A stretch of 64,000 nucleotides of DNA from an uncultured Bacteroidales bacterium (lineage in GTDB: Bacteria > Bacteroidota > Bacteroidia > Bacteroidales > F082): contig CAMJRR010000012.1 of the NCBI GenBank assembly GCA_946408345.1, positions 1,993 to 65,992 on the forward strand. Reading direction: 5' to 3'. Each line of letters opens with the position of its first letter. Position 1 is the first letter of the stretch. Below, piece by piece: positions 26,138-34,148 of this stretch. The notes below the pieces were generated by a model. The model did not search any database and was not told where the DNA came from. It worked only from the letters and a program-made list of their open reading frames with translations. The position numbers and the translations under genes are program-made.

Positions 26138-26546
26138 TATTATGTTCTATCCAACATCGAAGCGTTCCCAGCGTTGGGACGCCATCCAAGAGACCATCGG
26201 CGCGTGGGTCGAAAGCCGCCCCGAGCCTAAAGTGTGGAACAACAGCCTCCGCAGCCACATCTATGTAAGTTCGAAGACCCGTCGCGAGTTGCCCTACTGG
26301 GGCAGCAAGAACCCCCAAAGCACCGAGGCCATCTGCAAGCACTTCAATGAGATCATGCGCTTCGCCGTCAAGAAGGAAGAGGTGCAGCCGCATTCAGGCG
26401 CCGGCAAGCACTTCACCAAACTCATCATCCTTGAGCGCAAGATTGAGGGTTTCGGCACGGCCAAACTCACCGTGGGAGTCAACCAGGAAGGCCGCCTGAT
26501 GAATTATTGCATCACCGTGCCGCCTGCGGAGATGGCGATGGCTTGA
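26115..26546 (+). CDS. hypothetical protein (start 26115 or 26142)
   Basis: 143-aa ORF followed by a terminator. I could not defend any motif. Confidence 0.6.
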   Translation: MFNVQTIRIMFYPTSKRSQRWDAIQETIGAWVESRPEPKVWNNSLRSHIYVSSKTRRELPYWGSKNPQSTEAICKHFNEIMRFAVKKEEVQPHSGAGKHFTKLIILERKIEGFGTAKLTVGVNQEGRLMNYCITVPPAEMAMA

Positions 26547-26570
26547 GGCCGTCCCTCCTTCATCCATCCG

Positions 26571-26603
26571 AGGCGCGAGGCAATTGCCCCGCGCCTTCTT
26601 TTT
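26571..26603 (+). terminator. rho-independent terminator
   Basis: AGGCGCGAGG-caattg-CCCCGCGCCT followed by TCTTTTT. Confidence 0.7.
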
Positions 26604-26707
26604 GCCCGCGCCCCGCCGTTCCCCCGCCACCGCCGCCGCATATTTCGCAAAAAAGAGGGCTTGATTTCTAAAAAACCAAGAGGGCGGCGCGGGGTCTGAC
26701 GACGCAA

Positions 26708-26738
26708 AACGCGCCGATTTTTGCAAAATCGGCGCGTT
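26708..26738. repeat. perfect 14-bp inverted repeat carrying the GCGCCGATTTT motif
   Basis: AACGCGCCGATTTT-tgc-AAAATCGGCGCGTT. Each half-site shares 11 nt with the prophage-arm motifs. Confidence 0.8.
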
Positions 26739-26798
26739 AGGTGGTTGATGGATAGAGATTTGACTACTTTCAATTGTGAACTCTGATAATATAAAAAA

Positions 26799-26847
26799 AA
26801 TTCGCCGCCTGCGGCGTCCGGCTGGACTGGCAGGCGGCGAATTTTTG
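26799..26847. terminator. strong bidirectional terminator-type hairpin
   Basis: AATTCGCCGCCTGC (26799-26812) pairs with GCAGGCGGCGAATT (26830-26843). An A-run lies upstream and a T-run downstream. Confidence 0.75.
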
Positions 26848-26965
26848 ATGAAAAGTGGAAAATTTTCTATTTTGTAAGTGTACAAATATCAATGATTTAC
26901 AAAGATAATGAAAAATAATTGAAAAAATCTCATTTTTTTTTACTTGCTATGTTGTCAAATATGAC

Positions 26966-26973
26966 TATATTTG
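26966..26973 (+). promoter_or_regulatory. -7 promoter box (TATATTTGCAGCG) for the acidic-protein gene
   Basis: TATATTTG, 58 nt upstream of ATG 27031. Confidence 0.55.
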
Positions 26974-27030
26974 CAGCGTATTTCAATTCAAACAACAAAT
27001 AATTCGATTAAACAAAGAAAGGGTAAAAAA

Positions 27031-28164
27031 ATGAAAAACGACATCATCACCGAGAACATCAACGGACTGCAATTCAACGAACTGGTAGTAACAATGCAGA
27101 CAATGATTGAAGAATCAATCGCTTGTTTGTGGTACAATGACAAGAAAGATTATCTTTCGCAACTTGCTTGGTATAAGGATTGCAAGATGGAAGATTATTT
27201 TAATGTATGGACAGAAATTTGGGACGACGAAGATGGCAAGATAGGCGAAGGCCTTGACACTATCGCCCACAAGTTCGTCCTCAACGACGATACGAGAGAC
27301 GACTTTGAGTCCGCTTTTGAACAAGCCCGCGACGAGGCTTTCGAGGCGAGACTGAAAGAGATTGCTGAAGAAATCGAAGAAATCGACGATGACGACATCA
27401 AAGACATCGAAATAGACAATGATGGGAGTGAAGAAGAAATCGGAAGCCGTATTTCGGAAGCAAGTGACGCTATCAAAAAGCAAGGTGGAATAAGTGTCGC
27501 TTATGACAGTGACAATTGCTTGGATTTCCGCTTCGACCTTCTTCAGGAAATTTATGAAGCTGGCAATAATCTGTCATGCAGACAGATTGCGGCCTGGGCT
27601 GGAGCTAATGTTTGCATCCGTTATCAAGGCAATAATCCTTTTGATTACGTCTACGATTTTTATAGGGTTGATAAGAAAATCGAAACAGACTTGGATAATA
27701 TGACGGTTCACGCATACGGATATGATGAAAACGACAACGCCGAGGTCGAAGTCAATATGCAGAATAAAGTCGACAAGGACACTGAAAATGATGATTGCGC
27801 ATACGAAGTGATGGGTGCAGACTATGAGGAGGGAGTTTGGTATGCGAAACTCGTTGAACACTCCAAGTGCGACGAAACATTGTTTCAGATTGTGTTGGGA
27901 ATGAATAAGGAAGATTACAAGAAACAAGAGGAATTGCACGACTTTGAGGTTGAGGAAGCCTTCAATGAAGCAGAACGCAACTTCAATACGCGTGAATTTA
28001 GGGATGTGTCTGATTGCATTGCTGGCATTGAAGACTTTCAAGAGAACGCGGAGTTCGGTCAAAAGGCTTACATTGACGGCGTTACTTACTACAAAGTGCG
28101 TAATAGCGTGGATGAAGAGCCTTATACAATCTATTTTGAAGATGAACATTTGGAGATTTTGTAA
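27031..28164 (+). CDS. highly acidic protein (candidate DNA mimic / anti-restriction; function unknown)
   Basis: 377 aa from ATG 27031. Long D/E runs such as EIAEEIEEIDDDDIKDIEIDNDGSEEE. It has its own promoter and looks AT-rich. Confidence 0.65.
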   Translation: MKNDIITENINGLQFNELVVTMQTMIEESIACLWYNDKKDYLSQLAWYKDCKMEDYFNVWTEIWDDEDGKIGEGLDTIAHKFVLNDDTRDDFESAFEQARDEAFEARLKEIAEEIEEIDDDDIKDIEIDNDGSEEEIGSRISEASDAIKKQGGISVAYDSDNCLDFRFDLLQEIYEAGNNLSCRQIAAWAGANVCIRYQGNNPFDYVYDFYRVDKKIETDLDNMTVHAYGYDENDNAEVEVNMQNKVDKDTENDDCAYEVMGADYEEGVWYAKLVEHSKCDETLFQIVLGMNKEDYKKQEELHDFEVEEAFNEAERNFNTREFRDVSDCIAGIEDFQENAEFGQKAYIDGVTYYKVRNSVDEEPYTIYFEDEHLEIL

Positions 28165-28212
28165 ATAAAATCAAGTAATAGTTGCGCACGACACGTATCA
28201 GTGCATTTTTAA

Positions 28213-28578
28213 ATGATCGTAAGATCCGAATCAGGGGAAACCATCGTCGAGCGGCATCATTTCGAAGGGAAGAACATCGCGTTCTTGAATGAACACGCGA
28301 CATTCGACGGCAGTTGTTATCTGCTTTCTGACGAAGACGCAAAAACCTTCAAGATGATGAACACGAAGCACATAATATTGTGCAACAGCCTCTTTCTGCC
28401 TCGCTTTGCGAAGTTGGCAAACTGGGAGGTAGACTACGAAACAGGAAGGGTGAAAGGTGAGTATTACGACGAGAAAGAGAACGTGCATTACAGGACAAAA
28501 TGGTTCTCTTACAAGTGCCTTGAAGGATTTTTCGATGTCCTTTACACTATATGTAAATGTAAATTCGCTAAACGATAA
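28213..28578 (+). CDS. hypothetical protein
   Basis: 121-aa ORF. Confidence 0.55.
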   Translation: MIVRSESGETIVERHHFEGKNIAFLNEHATFDGSCYLLSDEDAKTFKMMNTKHIILCNSLFLPRFAKLANWEVDYETGRVKGEYYDEKENVHYRTKWFSYKCLEGFFDVLYTICKCKFAKR

Positions 28579-28582
28579 TGCT

Positions 28583-28903
28583 ATGCAAGAGATTACCGTA
28601 AAAGAGAAGATAAGAATGATTATCGAAATCAACGAGGCCGAAAACCCGGGCGAGAAGCTGGTTTCGGCAGGAACAGCCCTTGGTGGCGGAATCGGCTACA
28701 ATTTCGTTGAGAACCGCGCCTTCGTGCGTACCGACCTGCGAAAGAAGGTGATGGATAGGATAGCGGAGGAACACCTGAACAGGCGCGAGGTGGCGAGGGC
28801 AATAGGCTTCGACTACCAGAATTTTTACAACTTCCTGCAAGGCAAACGCGGCCTGCCTTACGAGAAGGTGGAGGAATTGCTTGCCCTCTTGGGCATAGCG
28901 TAA
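28583..28903 (+). CDS. XRE-like HTH protein
   Basis: 106 aa from ATG 28583. C-terminal LNRREVARAIGFDYQNFYNFLQGKRGLPYEKVEELL. Confidence 0.6.
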   Translation: MQEITVKEKIRMIIEINEAENPGEKLVSAGTALGGGIGYNFVENRAFVRTDLRKKVMDRIAEEHLNRREVARAIGFDYQNFYNFLQGKRGLPYEKVEELLALLGIA

Positions 28904-28936
28904 CGAAAAATTTGTTGCGCATTCGGAAATAATGCG

Positions 28937-28944
28937 TACCTTTG
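28937..28944 (+). promoter_or_regulatory. -7 promoter box (TACCTTTGCAGCG)
   Basis: TACCTTTG, 34 nt after the HTH gene stop. Confidence 0.5.
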
Positions 28945-28949
28945 CAGCG

Positions 28950-29093
28950 CAATTGTCGACGGGGGCAACCCCTGTTTAATCGAACCATATGGAATTGAAA
29001 TACCATTTCTGACAGTTGCAGGTGGGCAATTTCTACTATCGTAGATACAAACTTCACCAAAATGAGCGAGGCTTCGGCTTCGCTCTTTTTTTT
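28950..29093 (+). ncRNA. candidate stand-alone small RNA (~140 nt), promoter to terminator, no ORF
   Basis: Bounded by the -7 box at 28937-28944 and the terminator GAGCGAGGC-ttcg-GCTTCGCTC plus T8 (29064-29093). The 5' GCAATTGTC is complementary to GACAGTTGC about 60 nt downstream. Confidence 0.5.
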
Positions 29094-29119
29094 GTCACTT
29101 GCATTGCTTTCGTGGTGGA

Positions 29120-29127
29120 TATTTTTG
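29120..29127 (+). promoter_or_regulatory. -7 promoter box (TATTTTTG) for the portal operon
   Basis: 23 nt upstream of ATG 29150. Confidence 0.5.
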
Positions 29128-29149
29128 CTCGTAACCAAAAACCATATCA

Positions 29150-29374
29150 ATGATTCACGAAAGCAAATTGTTTGAATTGGTTCAAACGCATCCTTCGTTT
29201 TCGCTGACTTATGTGTCGAAGAGCGGGGAGCTGATTGCAGTGGACGAATGCCGCTGCACCTCGTTCCACAGCTCAGGCAAAACGATGAACATATTGATTG
29301 CCGCCTCAGGGCTGGTGCGTAAGGTGAACCGTAAGACCGTCACGGCCTTCAACGGAAAGGAGGTATTCCTATGA
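29150..29374 (+). CDS. hypothetical small protein
   Basis: 74-aa ORF whose stop overlaps the portal start. Confidence 0.55.
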   Translation: MIHESKLFELVQTHPSFSLTYVSKSGELIAVDECRCTSFHSSGKTMNILIAASGLVRKVNRKTVTAFNGKEVFL

Positions 29375-30750
29375 ATATTCCCGAAGAAGAGATGGTCTCC
29401 TGGGTGGGTGACAAGATTGCACTCTATAAGACAGCTTGCGTCGTTCTTGGCAACGATACGCTGACCCTTTTCGATGAAAAAGACCTGCAACCTGTCAGTG
29501 TGCATGGGTATCGCGTCGCGCCGTGGGGCGTGAATAACGACCTGCCACAACAGGTGATGGCCAAGATTGACGCGGCTGAAATCGTTGGCACCAACGCCAA
29601 CTTCAACTGGAAGGTGGCCTACGGATTAGGCCCGAAGCTCGTGGAGGTCATCCGCGACCCCGAAACCAACCGCGTGAAGGACTTCAAGGAAGTGATTGAA
29701 GGCGAGGCCTACGATTGGTATATGCGTAACAACGTGCCGCTGCTGTTGCAGGAAATCATGACCGACCTTTCCTATTTCGGCAACGCTTTCCCGCTCCTGA
29801 TTGCAGGCCCGAAGGATAAAGACGGGAAAAAGCGTGTCGGCATTCGCGGCATCGTGCACCGCGAAGCGATGTTCAGCCGTTGGGGCCTCACGAAAAAGGA
29901 TTTGATCAGCCGGCACCTGTATTGCGCCAAGTGGGACGACAGCCCGACGAAGGAGGAAATCCAGGATTCCTACGTGATTGACGAATACAACGCCGTTGAC
30001 GACATCAACAACAGGCTGCTGCTGGGCAAAGACACAAGGATGTGCTTCCCCATCTACATCACTTCGCCCGGGCGACCCTACTACAGCTATCCCAACTGGT
30101 GGAGCATCTTCCGCTCGGGATGGTACGACCAACTGACCAGCATCCCCGCACTGAAAAAGGCCATCCTGAAGCACAACCTCGGCGTTCGCCATATCATCTA
30201 CATTGCTGATGAGTATTTCGCGGAAAAAGAGGAGCTGCTGAAGATTAACAAGGATGACAAGAAGAGCCGCAAGGAGCTTTACGATGAGGTGGTGAAGCAA
30301 CTGTGCGAACAGGTGACAGGGGAGGAGAATGCCGGAAAGGCCGTTGTGTCGAAGATGAAGTTCATGCCCAACGGCAACAGTGCATCGTTCGAGAAGATGA
30401 TGAGTGTTGATACCATTAAAAATGATATCAGCGGTGGCGAATACTTGACCGACTACGAGACGGGAGCCAACATCATCAGCTACGCCATGGATGTCCACCC
30501 CTCGTTAATCGGTGCCACACCTGGCAAGAACTCCAACAGCCTTTCGGGCAGCAACATCCGAGAGATCTTCATCATGAAGCAGAGCCTCAGCAAGCCGATG
30601 GCGTACCTGGCCCTGCAATGGTGGCCGGTGGTGAGGAAGATTAACGGCTGGAACAATAACCTCGAAATCATGATCCAAGACAGCCTGTTCACGACCCTCG
30701 ACCAGTCGAAATCAGGCGAAGTGAAAACCGCAAACAATCCTACGCAATGA
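29371..30750 (+). CDS. portal protein (call by size and position)
   Basis: 459-aa ORF, the largest head-module protein apart from the terminase, protease and capsid genes. Confidence 0.55.
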   Translation: MNIPEEEMVSWVGDKIALYKTACVVLGNDTLTLFDEKDLQPVSVHGYRVAPWGVNNDLPQQVMAKIDAAEIVGTNANFNWKVAYGLGPKLVEVIRDPETNRVKDFKEVIEGEAYDWYMRNNVPLLLQEIMTDLSYFGNAFPLLIAGPKDKDGKKRVGIRGIVHREAMFSRWGLTKKDLISRHLYCAKWDDSPTKEEIQDSYVIDEYNAVDDINNRLLLGKDTRMCFPIYITSPGRPYYSYPNWWSIFRSGWYDQLTSIPALKKAILKHNLGVRHIIYIADEYFAEKEELLKINKDDKKSRKELYDEVVKQLCEQVTGEENAGKAVVSKMKFMPNGNSASFEKMMSVDTIKNDISGGEYLTDYETGANIISYAMDVHPSLIGATPGKNSNSLSGSNIREIFIMKQSLSKPMAYLALQWWPVVRKINGWNNNLEIMIQDSLFTTLDQSKSGEVKTANNPTQ

Positions 30751-31616
30751 TTCTCAAAAACATAACCCAAGCACAGAAGTTTCTGCCGTCGCTGAACCTG
30801 ACGCTGGAAAACAGCCGCTTCGACGACTTCTTCATCCGCGCCCAAGAATGGCTGGTGAGCCACATCGTGGGCAGCGACATCGAGGGCGTTTTGGAGGTTG
30901 ACGTCAGTATCGCGAATGTTGACCTACACAAGGAACTGCGCACTTTGTGCCAGCGCGTCATTGCCGAGAAAGCCATGCTCGATGCCATCCCGGAGATGGA
31001 CATGCAGCTGACCGAGGCGGGCTTTGCCGTGCAGAACAACCACGATTTCAGCCCTGCATCGGCCCAGCGAGTTGACCGCCTGTTGGCCAAGATGCCGGAG
31101 CGGATCGCCCAAGACATTGATGCTCTTGTTCGCTTCCTGATGAAAACCAGCACAGGAAATGGCGCATACGGCTATTGGCGAAGCTCCGACCAGTTCAACT
31201 ACCTGACAGCGGCATTCATGCCCTTGTGCGAGGAATACACGGCCTTTTGCAACGGGCTTCAGCTCGACAAAAAGCCATCGATGAACTACGATGACTACTA
31301 CGCCGCCATCCCGATGATGGGCAGGGAGCTCAGGAGCGTGGCCGACTACTACGTGAGCCGTGCCGAGATTGACCGCCTCGTTGAGCTGTATCGCGACAAC
31401 GACCTTTTGGAAATCCACCGCAAGGCCATCGTGAGCCTGAAGGATTGCGCCGTGGCCGCGTTGCGCTACGACATAAACCGTGCCCGCAACGCCGCCGTGC
31501 AAGCCCGCGAGGTGATGCTTTCGGACCCCGACAGCTTCACCGCCTTCAAGGCTTCGAGTGCCTACAACACGCCGACCGTCAACCTTGACGGCGGCAAAAT
31601 GGTGAACCTTTTATAA
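30747..31616 (+). CDS. hypothetical head-module protein
   Basis: 289-aa ORF, ATGA-overlapped with the portal gene. Confidence 0.65.
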   Translation: MILKNITQAQKFLPSLNLTLENSRFDDFFIRAQEWLVSHIVGSDIEGVLEVDVSIANVDLHKELRTLCQRVIAEKAMLDAIPEMDMQLTEAGFAVQNNHDFSPASAQRVDRLLAKMPERIAQDIDALVRFLMKTSTGNGAYGYWRSSDQFNYLTAAFMPLCEEYTAFCNGLQLDKKPSMNYDDYYAAIPMMGRELRSVADYYVSRAEIDRLVELYRDNDLLEIHRKAIVSLKDCAVAALRYDINRARNAAVQAREVMLSDPDSFTAFKASSAYNTPTVNLDGGKMVNLL

Positions 31617-31677
31617 TATTGAACTGTTGAAGTTCGACAACAACAATTAAACGATTAAACAACCAACAATCAACAAA

Positions 31678-32403
31678 ATGAGAATCGACCTGAAGACACC
31701 CACCTGCTGGAAAGAACTGACCACGGAGCAACTTCGCGAGGTGGTGGAACTGGCTTTGATGGGCTTGGACCGCGAGGAGTACCTGCTGGTGCTGTTTTGC
31801 AAGTTCGCCAATGTTGTGATGCTGGTTGCCTCTTCGACTGACCCAGAGGCCGTGAAGAACCGCTTCAGGGATAGCGAAGGCCAGGAGTTTGAACTTGAAG
31901 ACTGGCAGGTGGCCGAATTTTGCGGACGGTTGTCGTTTGTTCTCGACGAACAAATGCCCATGGAAGTGGCGTGGCCGTGGAAATGGGACCTCCATCTGCT
32001 GGACACCAGCTTCGGCGACTGGTTCCATGCCGACGCGCAAATGCTTGGCTTTGCCTTGGACGGCAACCCCGAGCGGCTGAAGGGTGCGATGAAAGACCTT
32101 GGCGACCCGCCCGAAACGCTGGAGCCGAGCGACATCACGCTCTTGCTGCGATGGTACGAGTGCTTCAAGGACTATCTGCAACAGACCTATCCGCTCGTTT
32201 TCCAGAAAGCGGAACCAGGCGCGAATAGCCCGACCTCTCCCATTGAGGCCCGCCAGAACATTATGCTGATGCTCAATGAAGGGCATCCACAAGACAACGA
32301 GGCTATCGAGAAAACCAACGTGCATGACGTGTTGGCTGCATTGCAGCACAAGATTGAGTATGACAAACAGATTGAACAACAAATGAGCAAATACAAACAC
32401 TAA
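31678..32403 (+). CDS. hypothetical protein
   Basis: 241-aa ORF. The antisense 273-aa ORF was rejected. Confidence 0.6.
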   Translation: MRIDLKTPTCWKELTTEQLREVVELALMGLDREEYLLVLFCKFANVVMLVASSTDPEAVKNRFRDSEGQEFELEDWQVAEFCGRLSFVLDEQMPMEVAWPWKWDLHLLDTSFGDWFHADAQMLGFALDGNPERLKGAMKDLGDPPETLEPSDITLLLRWYECFKDYLQQTYPLVFQKAEPGANSPTSPIEARQNIMLMLNEGHPQDNEAIEKTNVHDVLAALQHKIEYDKQIEQQMSKYKH

Positions 32404-32609
32404 TGAAACGAGGAAAAATCAAAGAAGCATTGACCGACCTGTTCAAGGCGATGGACCTAAACGGCTACAAGCAATGCGAAATCATGGAGTTGAATATGAA
32501 AACCTGCATCACCTCAAAGGCTGAATTGTTTGTACATGTGGAAGCCACCATCTGCGAACCAGTCGCGGACGGGAAAACCTTCAAGGTAGAGAAAGACTTC
32601 GATTTATGA
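32403..32609 (+). CDS. hypothetical small protein
   Basis: 68-aa ORF. Confidence 0.55.
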   Translation: MKRGKIKEALTDLFKAMDLNGYKQCEIMELNMKTCITSKAELFVHVEATICEPVADGKTFKVEKDFDL

Positions 32610-32767
32610 GTAATCACTGTATAGATGTGACCTGCCCAGTGTGCGGTGAGGAGTATGATGCACGGCTGCATTATTACCGGTGCCCCGTGTGCGGCTTCGA
32701 CCGCGAAAAACTGTCACTCCAACGTCAGCGGCAATTGCCACCTTTGCAGCGCAAAGCAAAGCAATAG
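32606..32767 (+). CDS. small zinc-ribbon protein (53 aa)
   Basis: Hand-translated MSNHCIDVTCPVCGEEYDARLHYYRCPVCGF... Confidence 0.45.
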   Translation: MSNHCIDVTCPVCGEEYDARLHYYRCPVCGFDREKLSLQRQRQLPPLQRKAKQ

Positions 32768-32841
32768 ACGTGACGACCGCCGTCCATCCGCGAGGCCAGA
32801 TGGCGGTTTTTTCTGAAAACAAACACAAACACATCACAATT

Positions 32842-33909
32842 ATGAAAAGAATCTTCCTCTTCATCGCGTTGGTCGTCCTGGCCGTGGGGGCCAGCGCACA
32901 AGGGCGCTACAATTACGATAGTGGCCACAAATACGGCTTTTTCTCGAACTGGACATTGGGCATTGCCGGGCAATATGCCAACCAACACGGCGTGTCGGAC
33001 ATCGGCATCAGCGCATTGGCAACGAAGCGCGTGGGCGACTTCTGGCGCTTGCGCTATGAGGCCTCCATCAACGGGCTGAAGAAGGCTAAAGGTTTCGACC
33101 GCTACGGTACCGCGATGGCTGGCGTTTCGCTCGACTTCGTTGAATGGGCTTATCTCTTCGGCGACGCTGGAGCGATATACAACCCCTCGATGAAGGCGAA
33201 GCTCGGACTTGCCGCCGATGCCGGTCTCGGGCTGAATGTCAACTTCGGGAAACACTCAATACTTTACATCGAAGGTGGCAGCGACCTGGTGCAACGCAAC
33301 GCCAGTTGGGACAATACCTTTTTCGCCCGCCTCGGCTACCAGGCCAGACTGGGCATCACCGAGCGCGACCGCGTGGATATCGATATCGACAGGCATATGC
33401 GCGAAGGCTATGGCGAGCTGAAGCAGGAAAACCAGCTGATAAAGACCGAACTGAAGAGGAAACAGGTGGAGATAGACACGCTGATGTCGATCCAAAACAG
33501 GTCGTTGGCCCTCATGGCAAGACTGGAGAAGCGACTTGACGACTGCAACGAACAAGTGGCCAAGGCCGCACAGTCCAACCCGGTGCCCGCCAACTCGTTT
33601 TCGCAGATCTTCTTCAACAAGGGCAGCGCAGAGATATCGCCCATTGAGGCGGCGAAGGTGAGGCAGTTGGCCGACTATATCAACAGCACCGATGGCGACT
33701 TCCTCATTGAGGGCTATGCCAGCCCTGAAGGCTCGCCCTCCGTCAACGAGCAACTGAGCGCCGACCGTGCCCGAGCGGTGTATTGGCTGCTGATTGAGTT
33801 GGGCGTTGACATCGACCGCCTCGTGCCGATGACGGGCGGCATCTCGACGCAATACGGCGACGACTCGCCGCTGAACCGGATGGTGGTGGTGAGTGCCAGC
33901 CCTTACTGA
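32842..33909 (+). CDS. OmpA-family outer-membrane protein (signal peptide, beta-rich N-domain, coiled coil, OmpA C-domain)
   Basis: 355 aa from ATG 32842. MKRIFLFIALVVLAVGASAQ signal peptide. C-terminal IEGYASPEGSPSVNEQLSADRARAV. Confidence 0.8.
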   Translation: MKRIFLFIALVVLAVGASAQGRYNYDSGHKYGFFSNWTLGIAGQYANQHGVSDIGISALATKRVGDFWRLRYEASINGLKKAKGFDRYGTAMAGVSLDFVEWAYLFGDAGAIYNPSMKAKLGLAADAGLGLNVNFGKHSILYIEGGSDLVQRNASWDNTFFARLGYQARLGITERDRVDIDIDRHMREGYGELKQENQLIKTELKRKQVEIDTLMSIQNRSLALMARLEKRLDDCNEQVAKAAQSNPVPANSFSQIFFNKGSAEISPIEAAKVRQLADYINSTDGDFLIEGYASPEGSPSVNEQLSADRARAVYWLLIELGVDIDRLVPMTGGISTQYGDDSPLNRMVVVSASPY

Positions 33910-34148
33910 TGTTCTTTGACAAAGCTGTTTCATAATTTATAGATTTTGAGTTAGTGCGCCGCCCAAGGCCATCTCCATAGTTGTTGATGGCACAGGCGGC
34001 AAAAACACGCTCCAAGGCTTGTGGGTGCCGCCGTTGCCCTTGTCGTAACGGATTGCACCACGTCTGACCGCAAGCATACTTTGGAGCGAACAACACTCCC
34101 CGAAGGATGGACATCCCGAAAATTTGGCGCATTCCTGAGGGGAGACGA

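Noticed and set aside
25941-26142. Retron msr/msd (also considered for 41284-41500)
   Set aside because: A 5' segment paired to a complement ~130 nt downstream resembles retron a1/a2 repeats. No reverse transcriptase gene follows either locus. In both loci the third, start-codon-overlapping copy of the box points to translational control instead.
26394-26885. 163-aa reverse-strand ORF across the G+C-rich hairpin region
   Set aside because: It is a low-complexity R/A/P/G-rich translation. It spans three terminator-type hairpins and a perfect palindrome, so the region is more plausibly non-coding.
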